Shown: positions 22,808-36,336, counted from the first letter of the whole stretch. The stretch: 63,514 nt of DNA, filler included, from Rhabdomonas costata (GCA_019059605.1; 50 parts of 50 records of this genome joined end to end with filler, not necessarily neighbours in it), one strand, 5' to 3'. A program made the numbers and translations. Notes: a model not told the origin generated them from the letters alone.

Positions 22808-24484
22808 NNNNNNNNNNNNNNNNNNNNNNNNNNNNNNNNNNNNNNNNNNNNTTAATTAATTAANNNNNNNNNNNNNNNNNNNNNNNNNNNNNNNNNNNNN
22901 NNNNNNNGAAGCGGTCGCCGGCGATGTCGAGGTATGTGACCTGCATTTTGACCCCTGAGTTTTCCATGGGTGTTCTTTCTTGCCATGCGCGTATTCAAGG
23001 GGACCGTTGCACCATGGCACTGGACGAAGGGCAGCATCTTGTATGTCCGCTTAATTGCCCTCGGACAGAGGTACTGGTGCAATGTTTGATGCCCCTCTTT
23101 GCATCGTTTTGCTTGACTCCGGTTGACGCAGTTGACTGTCGTATGATTGGCCACCACCAGGCATCACTTCGGCAACTCGTGATAAAGGCGAGTATTTTCG
23201 CCCTTCGAGTATTCTCGAACATATACTCCATTGCAGCATTGCAGAAAAACATGTGGCTTTCCGCTTACAGCTCCGTGGCTCGGTTTCGGAAGGCAGCTCA
23301 GCCTCCTTTCGCTCTGGCGAGGAGCGACCAGGGGTTGGCGAGCCCAGGTCGGCTTTTTTCCCCTTACCCCCATTCGCCCACTGCCTTTTGAATTCCGGTG
23401 GGCACAGCGGGCAAACCGCAAAACTGCATAGATAGATCCACGCACAGGTCAGATCAAGAACAACGTATGCCCTCACGCTCCCTCAAAAGAAGTACAAACC
23501 ACAACTTGGTAAATGGGTATTGGAAAGGGTTGCAGGCACAGGTCCATGAATCGTGACCGGGTATGTACGGCTTACCCGTCTTGCCGATTGTCCAATTGTC
23601 TTGCGGCACAGCTCCACATTGGAAGGACCATCTCCCGAGGCGCCCGTCCCAGCAGTCAGTGATGGGGCGGACACCCCAGAGCAGCCCGAAGGGCTCGAAG
23701 CCCCTTTGGTGGTGAATGAGGCCATCCCCGCTCCAGGGCCCGAGTTTCCCGCGCCTCAGCCTGCGGTCGACCTGCTCCACCACTTCCAGCGCACGTTGCT
23801 GGAGATGGAGCCTCCTGAGCACCTACTGGACTTCGAGCAGGCCGCTGCCCGGGAAGCGGTTGTGAGATTGGGGGGGGGGTCATCGAATATATGTGTATGT
23901 ATATATATATTAGTGTGCGTGCAGCTTCGTGGGCCTTGTCTGCCTTGACCCTTCCTAGGGAAGGCTTTTGCTCCACCAAAGAAGCTGGTACTATCCAGTA
24001 TCGCGACACCCACTTATCACCACAATCACAGTCCTAACCGTCTAGCTCTCCTGCCTGCCTGCCAGGAAGGCCCAACACCNNNNNNNNNNNNNNNNNNNNN
24101 NNNNNNNNNNNNNNNNNNNNNNNTTAATTAATTAANNNNNNNNNNNNNNNNNNNNNNNNNNNNNNNNNNNNNNNNNNNNGAACAAAAACCATTGTAGCAC
24201 ACCCCCAACCGCCTCAAGGGAGGCAACCATTAACTAGCCATGGCCCATTAGGACTTCCACGTCGGGATATTCTCAAGAGAAATTCGAATACAGTAGGGCT
24301 GGCTGCTGAGGGTTAGCTGTAGCCATGGGATATGTTTCGCTAAACAACCGGTCTGAACAGTGCGGTCTGCTTTTGTGTGGTTTTGAATTCTGCATTTTTA
24401 CCTCTCCACTGGTAGCTTACGGATGAGTTTTCTTGTTTCGTGTTGCTTCACTCGGTCGTTCGTTGAGGCACTGGTGTCTTTGTA

Positions 24485-24720
24485 ATGGCTCACAGCCATA
24501 CCGCACTGGTGAATAGGGTAAGGCGTGTACTTCAGGGTGTTGGGGTGTGTGCTGTCCTGGGGGGCACTGTGTACGGATACCATGATGAGGGAATCCACCG
24601 AGCGGTGCTGTTCTGGTCGCAAGTGGGGCCCATCTATTTGCACTACAAGTTCACGGACTGGAACCTGAGGCTTCGCCCTGAAGAAGAGCGAGACGTGGCC
24701 TTCAACAAGCTGCATGACAG
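24485..24720 (+). CDS. ABC1/ADCK (UbiB) atypical kinase, first exon
   Basis: GIHRAVLFWSQVGPIYLHYKF...EERDVAFNKLHDR resembles the N-terminal helices of ADCK1-like ABC1 kinases; donor gttttc. The kinase motifs are not in this contig. Confidence 0.65.
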
Positions 24721-25518
24721 GTTTTCGAAGTTGGGAAATGGGTCATTTGCCTCCCTGTGTGGAAAACTTTTAGCAGCGCGAAATTTGCTTGGAATTGAGT
24801 GGTACGAAAAGACTTAAAACGTTGACCTCGCATAGTGATGAGGAAAACAACATCGCGAACATCTGACCCGCCAATCCGATGGAAACGTCCCAATAAGTAG
24901 AGAGAAAAGTGATACTTCCTTGAGCTGGAAGCGGGCAAGAACTTTACTGACGTGTGTTTTGCACAGCGATTTACTTCACATGACTGGCTTTTGTGATTTT
25001 TTCCATCACATTAGTGTCGATCGCTCCCAACGCATCTGAATCTTTTTTCTTCTTTTTGTGTTTTGCTTTCAAGTGCAGCGAACTGGTTTCCGGTTGACAG
25101 AGTGTTGTCGCAGGTGTTCTTGTGATCTTTTTCGCCGCTTGCCAGGAGGATCAGCCGTCTTTCGTCTTTCGTCCATGAATTGTCTCTTCATCAGTATTCA
25201 GTCCGTCCTTTTTGCTTTACATTTAGGTCTTCCGCCGTTCCCACCTCCCACCGACGGAAATCAGACCGCAGATGGAAGAGGAACTGTATTTTGATTTCCG
25301 TCGGTGGGAGGTGGGAACGGCGGAAGACCTAAATGTAAAGCAAAAAACACAANNNNNNNNNNNNNNNNNNNNNNNNNNNNNNNNNNNNNNNNNNNNTTAA
25401 TTAATTAANNNNNNNNNNNNNNNNNNNNNNNNNNNNNNNNNNNNNNNNNNNNGTTGGGTGTGGTTATTTTGGTTGGTCCCCAATGGATTTATTTTCTCTT
25501 TATGACGGTGTTTTGCAG

Positions 25519-26063
25519 GAGCTTGAGGCAGCTCAGTCTGAGCGTGACAAGCTTCGGTTGCAGATGTCCTCTTATGTCAAGGAGGCCGAGGATGCGAAGG
25601 CCCAGGCGCGCAGCGGACGAGGGGGGGGGGGATGCGGGGGACTTGGTTATGCTTTTCCATCCGTTCAACGACTTTGACGAGTCTTCGAGCTCGCACCTAC
25701 GTCTGTTGAATGCATGCGAACTTGTTTTGTGCCCTCGGGCATGAACGCAGGCAGCCAAGGGAAGCAGTCCTGCAGCAGACAAGAGCAGACCAGCGCAATC
25801 AGCTGCAACCCATGAGAAACCGTGCAGTACGTCATTGCGTCCCTCCACTTGCAACCAGAGGAAGGGCCAGCCTCGAAACACAGCTCTTGCAGCTCCCAAC
25901 ACGTTCAAGCTTCCGGATTCCCAGCATTGACTTCTGTTTAGTTTTCTCTTCACTTTCAGCGCAGCCGGCTGGAGACTTCCTTCCGCGCCCAGGAGGCAAA
26001 ACTCCGTAGTCTGACCCCCGAGATAGAGAACCTCAAGGCTGACAAGGAGGACCTCGAGCTGCG
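25519..26063 (+). CDS. Coiled-coil protein exons, function unknown
   Basis: ELEAAQSERDKLRLQMSSYVKEAEDAKAQ and RLETSFRAQEAKLRSLTPEIENLKADKEDLELR, each following an AG acceptor. Confidence 0.55.
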
Positions 26064-26724
26064 GTTGAATGCCCACTCCCCCACTGCCGCTCCCATGCCA
26101 TTCCTCAGCGCCCTCGCACTATAACGAACGAAAAGTTCGGCGTTGTTTACAATGAAAGTTGCAATAAAAATTGCTAAATTGTTAAAAATGACTTGATCGT
26201 TTTTGTAAAAATAAAAAGCGGGCGATAAATTTGCGGTAAATTGTAGAAGAAATTTGGTCGGTATGCGTAATGTTGGCATTTTGGAAAATTGTATCTTGAG
26301 GTTAACAGGAAGCTTTTTGGTGCTTCGTCGTTGTCCTCATGATCCTTCAAAAAAAGTCCATTGCTTTTCAACCGCGCCCACCACATTAAAAAGACTGTCC
26401 ATGCATAAGTAAGTAAGTAAGGTGCGTTTCAGAAATTGGGTGGCTAGTATCTTCCTCATCTCTGTGTATCGTCTGGGAGTTGTGACCCGTTCTCCCTTAG
26501 GGTGATGAGAATCTGGAAAGGGAAAGATGACGGTTCCCAACACTGGCAGTAATTTTCCGCAAGTGCAAAATGGCCTCCTCGCGGCGCTAGCGTCCTTCCC
26601 CCCCCCTGCTCTGAACGTATTCCGNNNNNNNNNNNNNNNNNNNNNNNNNNNNNNNNNNNNNNNNNNNNTTAATTAATTAANNNNNNNNNNNNNNNNNNNN
26701 NNNNNNNNNNNNNNNNNNNNNNNN

Positions 26725-27896
26725 GGTGGTGTGCAAGGCCACGGTGAAGCTGGCCAACCCCGCGAAGTACGGCGAGGGCCTGGAGATTGTCTCTCATGAC
26801 AAGGCACGAGAGGGAGAGGGAGAGTTCGGGGGGAATCAAAAGTACTGGCGTCCCACCTCTCCCCCGTGACTGGCCCCAAGCCCCCAACAAGAAGTTCTTT
26901 TGAGAGTCACATCACGGTGAGTCGAAAATTGAGAGTCAAGTTTCCTTTTTCTCAGACGGCTTTCCCACCAGGGACGAAAAACAGAGCAACGGCTTGGCGT
27001 CGTCATCCGTCAGGGTACCAATCAGGAACAAAGAGTCCGCGGCAAGCTTATCATTTGCCCATCAGTCACCTGTGAGACACGGCTGAGCGCTCTTTCTTGT
27101 GCGGGTGTCATCCGTTCCGTGTGTTTGTGGGTGGGTATGGGGGACGCGTATTTTTCGCCCCGAACTGTGTACCTCTCTTTCGTGTACTCTATGACGCAGT
27201 GGTACTGAGTATGACGGCGCATGCAACAACAGTAGCAGCAGCAGCAGCCGCATGGACGCTCTAGGCTGTGTGCTTCTTCTTTACGGGTGTAGTCTCTGTC
27301 CTCCACCCGCCGCTTGCAGGGATCCCTTCGCTGACGTTGCACTCTCTTCGCATTTTCCCACAGTCCCTTCTGGACGCTACGGTAACGAAGCCCAGCAAAA
27401 CGATGAGCGAGGTGCTGGCCGCTCTGGACCTGCGCAGTCTGGATGAGTACTACGTGTGCCCCCACTGCAAGAACTTCACGAGGTTTGTGCACGTTGCATT
27501 TCGAGCTGTTTGTGTGTGCGCTCATCACACACCCACTGGGGAACTTCGGAGGTGCGCTCTGCAGGCTTCTGTTAGCTGGTGAGTATACATAGCAGCAAAG
27601 CCGAAGATACCCTGCACAGTCGTTCTCTAACCTGTGCTTGTTTCTTCGCATCAAGCTTCGAGCAGCTTTTGTGAGTACACATGCATGTGCATTCCCACCG
27701 CAGTGACCTCGCGGGGCACTTCGAGGACGAGGCCCACCCCTTCGCCCTACCCTGCCCGGACTCCACCTGCCACTGCTGCGGCACAGCCCAACCTTTTGTC
27801 CCGACCACTGCTACGGCGACGGCCACGGAGTTGTCCTCGGCGAGTACCGCAGTGCCCAAGTTGTCCATGTGGGAGCACTTCCTGCGGAACCACCAC
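26725..27896 (+). CDS. Cys/His-rich putative zinc-finger protein exons
   Basis: CKATVKLANPAKYGEGLEIVSHDK|SLLDATV...YYVCPHCKNFTR, then SDLAGHFEDEAHPFALPCPDSTCHCCG...WEHFLRNH; G/C-rich codons. Confidence 0.5.
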
Positions 27897-28299
27897 NNNN
27901 NNNNNNNNNNNNNNNNNNNNNNNNNNNNNNNNNNNNNNNNTTAATTAATTAANNNNNNNNNNNNNNNNNNNNNNNNNNNNNNNNNNNNNNNNNNNNTTTG
28001 TGTGGGGAGATTTGGCGCCCACGAATGGGAGGGAGCGTTCGGCAGTGGGAAAGAGTAACGGGAGTGTGGGAGAGGGTGAAAAGTATAATCGGCCAGAGAA
28101 GGGTGCGAGAGACAGGTAAGGGGGTAGGGGGGAGAACTGCGGAAAAAAAGGTGCCACACCACTAGTTGGGACCGGGTGCAATTATCAATATTCTTTGCAT
28201 GCATCATTTCGGTGCAACGTTCGAATGTCAAGGCTGACCTGACCACTGAGAAACAAAGCCCGACACCAACTACCGGTAACAAAAGAAAAGCTTGAGTAC

Positions 28300-28832
28300 T
28301 TTTTGTTGGCGAAGCTCCAGAGCTTGCTTTCGCAGCTGTGCCTCTTGCTTCTTTTGCTCCTGTAACTCCCTAAAAGCAACGGCAGAGATACCACACAAAA
28401 AAATCTGCGGCAACACCATGCAAAAAGAAAGAAAAAAGGAAGAAGAAACAACTTGTCAAAAGCGGCACCCTCTTGGTAATCAGTGCTGATTCCAAAGGCT
28501 CTTCCAAAATCCTCCAAAGTTTTGTTCGGTCGCAGAACTCGGCCCTCTTCTCTTGCACGAAGTTCCTAGTATACAATTTGCAAAATTACATGCAAAAATT
28601 GGCGAGGTGAAACAAAAAACTCCAAAGTGCCGATGGAAGAAAAGGAACCAAGAAAACAAACCTGCTGTTTGGCGTTGTCCGCGTCAGACGTGAGCTCCTC
28701 TCTGAGCTTTGAAAGAATTTGATCCACAGTTCCTGTGCTGAGTCCGGCATCAAGAAGCTCCTCACGTTTTGACGCGATCGCCAGCTCAATGCGACGCTTG
28801 CTCTCGTGCAGCTGGATGTCCTTGTGTTTGAA
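28300..28832 (-). CDS. Helical/coiled-coil protein exons, function unknown
   Basis: FKHKDIQLHESKRRIELAIASKREELLDAG...LSKLREELTSDADNAKQQ and ELQEQKKQEAQLRKQALELRQQK, between AG/GT sites. Confidence 0.5.
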
Positions 28833-29374
28833 CCTGAATTGCCCATGCACTGAAACGAACACTTTTACGGCATAAAACACAACCACAGTAGAAAGACAGC
28901 GTGCACACCTTTGGATCTTCTCTGTTTTGGGCAAGTGCTTTGGATCATACGTGGCACCGCTGGATGGCTTGATAGCTGCAAAATTCTTCTGAATGAAACC
29001 ATTTGTGCCAGTCCCACGAGGGGTGGACAGGCCAATACCTGAGAGCAGTCCAAACGGAACAAATCGAAGGGAGCCCGGAGATTTTAACTCTCTGGAAACT
29101 GGTGGTGCAGGGAAGGCATTTTGCAGCTATCAAGCCATCCAGCGGTGCCACGTATGATCCAAAACACANNNNNNNNNNNNNNNNNNNNNNNNNNNNNNNN
29201 NNNNNNNNNNNNTTAATTAATTAANNNNNNNNNNNNNNNNNNNNNNNNNNNNNNNNNNNNNNNNNNNNGTGTTGTTGTGTCGATGTTGTGTTGGGCTGAT
29301 GGTTTAGGGCTGATGTTGTGTCGTGTTGATGGGTTTGTGTTGAGGGCTAGTGGTGTTGATATGCTGATGTTGAT

Positions 29375-30173
29375 GGTGTGACGTTGATGCTGTAGCTCTG
29401 GTCGCACATGTGGAAGGCCTCGCTGGCGCTCATCTCGCCCTCCAGGCTGAGCACAATCCGCAGCTTCTCCAGCAGCCACCGCAGCCTCGACTTCCGGTTG
29501 ACCTCTTCGTAGGTCGTTGTCAACATCGCCACCAGCAGGTTCAGCAGCAGCACATTGCTCAGCAGTGTCCACCCCACGGACAGCGCCGTGGTGACCCAAG
29601 GAGACAAAGAGGCCTGAGCCACACACACACACACACAGATTTGTGTGGATGGCGGAGTTGACCAGGGGATGTTTTATCTGATGGTCCAGGGTGTTCTACA
29701 CATACACACATCCGAAATGCCTCACACAGGCGGCTACGCTCCTGCGGTCTGAGCACGCAAAGCGGATGAGGCGATCGCAAGACGGTCCTAACTCTTCGAG
29801 CCTGCCCAGAGACTCGACAAAAACCCGAAAGGGAGTGCAAAAAGTTAGGAAATGCTGCTATGAAGTCCCGTGGTGGGTAGTTGGGTTGGTTTGCTGAGTT
29901 TTGGTATTTCCTCATAACGCGTCGTTTATGCAGGGAAACCTCGATGAAGTCGTCCGAGCCGTTGCCGATGGAGGTCAGGAAGAGCCACACGGCAATCTCC
30001 AGGGGCCACCGCGAGGGCAGCACCACAGTGAAGCTGAACGTGAACCCAAACAGCAGGCACAGGTAGATCGCGAAGAACCGTGGCAAGTCCGAGAACACGA
30101 TGTGCCCGATCATCACCACGAAGGGCCCCAACTTTTCCAAGCCCAGTAGGAAGAAGAACATGTACACCCAGGC
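29375..30173 (-). CDS. TRP-family (TRPV-like) cation channel, S4-S5-pore-S6-TRP box exons
   Basis: Exon 30173-29940: WVYMFFFLLGLEKLGPFVVMIGHIVFSDLPRFFAIY...LFLTSIG. Exon from 29613: VLLLNLLVAMLTTTYEEVNRKSRLRWLLEKLRIVLSLE. Confidence 0.88.
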
Positions 30174-31967
30174 CTGGGCATGAGGAGGGGACGCCCCCAT
30201 GCACACAAAGCAGAACATAAAAGGAAATCGCAACCTGGATGTTGTAAGGATTGTATCAAGGAGATAGCACCCGATGCACCTGCTGAATGGGGGTTCTCCA
30301 GATTACTTTTCCCTTTCTTAGGGAGAAGTGTCAGGCAAAGTTTTGGGCGCTTTATATGTGGGTTTTTGACAAATTGACGATAAGAAAGAGGCAGGGGTCT
30401 CACTCTTACAATCCGAGAGCTGCATATGAGCGACAGGGAGNNNNNNNNNNNNNNNNNNNNNNNNNNNNNNNNNNNNNNNNNNNNTTAATTAATTAANNNN
30501 NNNNNNNNNNNNNNNNNNNNNNNNNNNNNNNNNNNNNNNNTTTTTGGGGTATTGCTTAGGCCTGCCGTTTATCAAGGACTGGGCAGACCGCGGCGTCGAG
30601 ACCACAGACCTGCCCAGTCCTTGATAAACGGCAGGCCTAAGCAATACCGCAAAAAGCGGAACAAGAAGGAGAAAGGGATATTTTTTTTTTGCAAAGGTTC
30701 AGCTTTCCTGAGCAGAAAGCCCAGGATGAGGAACAAAATGGCGTCGCAGACGACGCGGCTTGAAGCAGGCACGCGCTTGCCTGAATGCACGAGCAGCTTT
30801 CGCAGTGCTGGGTGCGTTGAGTGGAATAAAGGGCTTCCCTGGAGCCCGTGTTTGAGGAACATAGGTATAGGTTTGGTGGCGGAGTGTCACCAAAGCACTC
30901 GGCTGTGGAGCTGGACTGCTTCCCAGCCGCCTCCTTTTAAGAGCTTGCTCATCAGGACCAGCAAACGAAGCTCTGGTGCTCTGAAGCTGGGCAAGCTCCC
31001 GCTCCTTTCTCCTAAAAAAAAATAGAAGGAAAGACCCACCCGACTGAATGGCACGTAAACAAAAAACGCGGCTCCAAGTGCAGACCAAATTCAGAGGAAT
31101 TTGTAAATAATGAATGGTCAAATAATGGCTCTGCTTCGACGATTGGTGGATTATCTGCACTGATCCGTCATTAATCTGGAACCGCAGTCCGTTGGTCATC
31201 TGTGAACTCTTTCAGTTCCACCAAGAGGGTCACTACGGTGATTTTTGTTCAAGACGCCCTTGTCTCGAAAAGTTTCGTTTCTGTGCAGGTCCCAGGAGAA
31301 CGAGACGCAACTGAACGCGTTGAACCTTAAACTGCACTCCCTTCCACTATCGTCCTTTAAAAAAGACGATAGTATTTACCACCGTCTTTTCAGATGGTAT
31401 TCATTTGCCGTCTTTCTCTCGACCCAAATTGGACGCTGTGCATCACCTTTCCTTGACAACTTCGCCTCGGAAATGGCCCTGTTTCAGTAACTAGGCGCTC
31501 CACAACCCTTTCGACGTGGGTGGTTCGTTGTAAAGTACGTTGTGGGTGCTGTCGTAAACCCTCCGCTGCGTGGGGCAAGAAGCGGTGCAAAAGGGTTACG
31601 AAAGAGCCGCCAAGGGGCACCGTCACCGGCCGAGGGTAAAAGGTCGGGACTCTCCTGACCCCAAGGACCGGCCACGCAGCGTTTCGGGAGACCTGCTGTA
31701 TATACAAAAGACCNNNNNNNNNNNNNNNNNNNNNNNNNNNNNNNNNNNNNNNNNNNNTTAATTAATTAANNNNNNNNNNNNNNNNNNNNNNNNNNNNNNN
31801 NNNNNNNNNNNNNGGGTTTTCCGGGCAAGGACTTCTTGCTAACCGAACGAATATTCAGCCACTGTAGCCCAACGTTTGGGATGCGTGCAGCGTTGCACGC
31901 TTGCGCTGTATTTTCTGGCCACGGTGAGCTGCTGTGGGTGGCGTTGGGGGGCGCTTCTTTTCCTCAG

Positions 31968-32985
31968 GGAGCACTTAGACGTGCCCGTAGTGACGATTGC
32001 CGGCAACGACGGCCCCGCGTTGGGCACTGCGAATTCCCTGCACCCCGAGGCCATTGTGGTGGGTGCTTATGGGTCTGAAGGTATGCCGGAGGTGGATACA
32101 CCCCGTGTTTGCCCAGCGCGCTTGCTTTTTCTTTTCGTTCTCTTCGTGCCTAAGCCTCAGCGAGAGTGGTTCTGCAGAAGTGTTGGGCGCATGGAATAGG
32201 AAACGACGAACGAGCTGACCCTTCGCGACCTGTGGTTGGCTGGATTGGAAACAATTTGGAGAGTCTGGGGGTGGTCGTTTACCCTGTCGAGGGGGAGGGG
32301 TGACTGAGTGATGTGAGACCCTTTTATGTGTACAGGGTCGGTAGGGGGAACGCTTTGTGCCTTGCAGCAATGACTTCCGCCCTTCACGGGGTGAACCCCA
32401 CCGTGGCGGAGTTCCAGTACCCTCACTCGGGCTGCGGGCCCTGTGCCGACGGCAGCACAGGGGTCTCCGTGATTGCTCCGGGTGCGGCGATCACAAGCGT
32501 GCCACGGGTGTACCCGACACCTCCCTCCTTGCCACAGACCTGGGCTTACTTTCCTGCAGCCTGCTCCACACCCTCCAACTTCAACCAAAACAACCCCTTT
32601 GTTCGTCCTTTTGCCTGTCTTCGCTTCCCGGGCATGTGTCTGTCTTTTGTTGTATAATGATGTAGTCTTTCCAAAAGCTGAACAAGGGAAACAGCAAAAT
32701 ACGGTCAGGGGATCAACCTATGTGTGAGGCAGGGTTGTGCTCCCTATTCATCTCTCACTCTCTTACCCTTTCTTTCTATGCGCGTGTCCCCCAGTACCTC
32801 TCTCTCTCTTCCTGTTTCAGCACACGCTGAAGTGCAGTGCGCTCATCACGGGCACCTCCATGGCAGCCCCGCACGTCTCGGGGTGTGTGGCCCTGCTGCT
32901 GTCCGCGGCGCGGGGCGCGGGCCACGACCCGCACACCCTCAGCCCCATCACCATCAGCCGGGCTCTCGAGAACACCACCCCCACC
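31968..32985 (+). CDS. Subtilase S8, tripeptidyl peptidase II-like
   Basis: Exons 31968-32080 (AGNDGPALGT...IVVGAY), 32368-32507 (GPCADGSTGVSVIAPGAAITSVP) and 32821 to the contig end (GTSMAAPHVSGCVALLLS...SRALENT). Oxyanion Asn and catalytic Ser motifs are present in TPPII order. Confidence 0.88.
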
Positions 32986-35003
32986 NNNNNNNNNNNNNNN
33001 NNNNNNNNNNNNNNNNNNNNNNNNNNNNNTTAATTAATTAANNNNNNNNNNNNNNNNNNNNNNNNNNNNNNNNNNNNNNNNNNNNGCTTCGCCCCCCAAC
33101 ACACACAAGGCTAGTGTCTGGGGTGTGACAAAGAAGGCGCAACGGCAGGGCGAGCTTGAATGTGCGTGTGTCATCATGATCACAGTCATGCAACATCCCC
33201 CCACTCCCACACATGCAAGCAATCTATCTCAATCAATAACATCGAAGGCTGCAAGCTGAGGTGGGGTTTGGGTTAAGGATTCTGGCAACGAAGGAGGAGC
33301 CCTAACGTACGCACTCTGATCTGGTCATCCCTTAGGGGTTCTCAAACATAGGCAAGCAGCTATACGTTCAGCGGGGCTTAAATGCAAAACGTGGATCGCA
33401 CCTCCGCAACCCGATACTCCCGATACCTCCGCCCCTTTGGCCGCCCTTTTCAGGGTTTGGACGTGGCGAAGAAGCAGGAAAAAATACAATTCTCCTTGAC
33501 CCCAAAAGTCAAATTGCGCCACAAAAACAATCCCAACACTGCTTCCAGCAACTCAGCAAGGGAAGTGTAACGGTCCGACATGACACAAATAACACTCGTC
33601 ATGGGAGTTCCGAGAAAGAGAATCCCGAAGCCGAGCACACACGAACGCTGGAAGACCAAAAACGAGGATGGGGGAGAGAATCTGCCGCCGGAATAACGAC
33701 GAGCGGCATTCCTCGAAGTCGCCGTGAGGTCAGCGGAGAAAAGCACATGGGGCAGCGAAGCTCACGCCACACGAGTCAAGCAGAGCGGGCGCGTGCATCA
33801 CGTCACAACACTACCACCAAAAAAGGACAAGAAAATCGGTGTGGCACGGAGGGTGAAACCAGCGATGGTCCCGCCTGAGTGTGTGGGATGGGCAAGGGCC
33901 GTCTCTGAAGGGAAGACGGGAGGGGGGCATGGAAGAGCGAAGGAGCGTAAACAATTGAAGGGGACCGTCTGTGTGCGTTTGTGTGCGTGTGGGTGGGGGA
34001 GCAAAACTGAGAGGTCAGGCACCACACAGCGCAAATGAGCAAACAAGGCACTGGGAGGAATGATGCCGGAATCTGAAATCGAGAACCATCGGAGTTGGAA
34101 GCGTGTGCTGCGCCTACCGCGCCTATCGCTACTCTGAACGAAGGGTGACCAAATACAGTATGACCGCGCACTGCGCTTCCAGCTTTAAGCCCCCCGGCGG
34201 CATTTACTTGCCCACCAACATGCTACAAACATATTCAAATCCAACTTCAAGTTTACCNNNNNNNNNNNNNNNNNNNNNNNNNNNNNNNNNNNNNNNNNNN
34301 NTTAATTAATTAANNNNNNNNNNNNNNNNNNNNNNNNNNNNNNNNNNNNNNNNNNNNTTTTGTTGTGTGCAACGCCGAAAATTACGATTGTTTCTGAACA
34401 TACCAGGTGTCCTCGAGTATTTTACTGAATAAGAATTTGCTCTAATTTGTAGTATTCATCGACTATGGGTTTGTTTTGCAGGCACTGTTGACGCACGGAC
34501 TTGACAAATTCTTTCTGATATAGAGCCGTTGGAAATTTCAGCGTTGCACAGAATAAAGAAAATCTGGGGGAAACCGTTTCAAACTGAAAAGGGTCTTACG
34601 CGTGCATTAGCTTTGCGGACATGTTCGAGATATCCTCCTCGCTGATGGACGCAAGCCCGCAGGTGGTAGGGCAAGTTGTTAAAGGCGGCCTTCACAACAG
34701 AAGGCGGCACGACCGACTCTCGGATGGCGTCGCTTGAGTTGTCCAAGGGAATGTACAGGATGATGGAATATGAAATATAACGTAGATATTAATTAATATT
34801 AAATAAATAGAATAAATAACTATTATTAAATTACTCTACAGCTAAGAATTTTAGAGCGAATTCATATTCGGTAAAATACTCGCGGACACGCGGTAAGTGC
34901 GGTTGGATGGTGCAACGAAGCGATGCGTTCTCACTTGTCGAAAAGGCAGGATTTATAAAGCAATACGAAACGACATCGGTGCGCACAAAAGTTCGGATCG
35001 GGA

Positions 35004-35529
35004 TTATGCGGTGTCCGCGCACGCAGCTGTGTCAGCCCTGCCCCCTAGAGAGTCCACACAGCTCCGAAGCAGCTCCTTGCTCTTTGTGTAGTGGTACTCA
35101 ATTTGCTGATCGGTGTACCGGTACTCACGGCCGACCTTAAACGTATCGCGGAGCTCCACCCAGCCCCTCCAGGTCGAGCTCAGCCCGCAGTCGGCTTCCC
35201 CACTGGCCTGCTCTGTCGCCCGAGAGAGCCTCTGAAACAGCTCTGTGACGGAGGGGTCACCACAGGTGGCCTCATCAGTGATCTCAAAAGGAAAGGGCGG
35301 GGGTGGGGCTTCGGGGCCATCACAATCAACCACCAAAACGGCCCGAAGGGCGACCCAGGGCCCAAACTTGGGGTGCAAGCAGTGCCGGGTTTTGTGAGAG
35401 AGGTAGGCAAGACCACTGACGTGGGCCGCGGTCTGCCCCAGCACTTCGGGAGGCCACCGCCCGACCATCAAAAGGGCGTGAGGCAACGCAATCGAGCACG
35501 AGTCAACAGCTGCAAAACGCAACACCACA
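35004..35529 (-). CDS. MMACHC: MMACHC/CblC-like cobalamin-processing protein, C-terminal part
   Basis: VLGQTAAHVSGLAY...CLHPKFGPWVALRAVLV...WVELRD...YRYTDQQIEYHY matches the CblC QTAAHVxG and HPxFGxW motifs. Confidence 0.88.
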
Positions 35530-36211
35530 NNNNNNNNNNNNNNNNNNNNNNNNNNNNNNNNNNNNNNNNNNNNTTAATTAATTAANNNNNNNNNNNNNNN
35601 NNNNNNNNNNNNNNNNNNNNNNNNNNNNNCCTCTTCTGGATGTAGCCCCACGCCATCTTTCTAATGGGTGGTGGAAGCTGATGATACCCAGATGTGGCAG
35701 CCTTGTCCCATGCCACGTCCCTGCAGACACAGACACACAGACCGTCTGTTTGGTTACCCCCCCCACACACACACACACACTATCCAGGCTGGACAGTGTC
35801 TCACTATCCAGCTTGGTTGGTATACAAGGAAGGAAGGTCTGTGTCAGGTTAGAGGGAAACACGCATCTTCTGCTATTTCCGTCCACTTCTTCCCCGTTTT
35901 TTTTTTTTCGTCTACTGAGTTTCAGCAGAAGATTTAAAGGATGTTAGAGGGCGCCCTCACATCCCTCCAACAGCGTCCAGGTCTTAAGACGCGGAGCACA
36001 ACGGACTTCCGTTACTCTGCCCCGGAAGGGCAATCAACTGTCTTCAGGAGATTGCTATACAAAAGGGAATTGCATTATTTTAGGTGCGAAAGCCAGTCCT
36101 CGGCCGAAGCGGGGAAGAGGGGAGGGGAGTGAGCGAAGAAGTGCTCCTAGACTTCGTTGCGGCTGTGGCACACACACGCACGAACACAAAACCACAGGCA
36201 CAGGTACGCAC

Positions 36212-36336
36212 ATGTCGACAGTAGTGTCAACGTTGATATACGGCATCCCCTCAGTGCGCAGGAGGTGATCCGCCGCAAAGCCCTCCAAGAAGGACTGAAA
36301 CACGTCAACGCGGTCTCGTGACGAGCTTCGAAATTT
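36212..36336 (-). CDS. 125-nt internal exon, paralog of 5420-5544
   Basis: cacag|KFRSSSRDRVDVFQSFLEGFAADHLLRTEGMPYINVDTTVD|gtgcgt. Confidence 0.7.
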
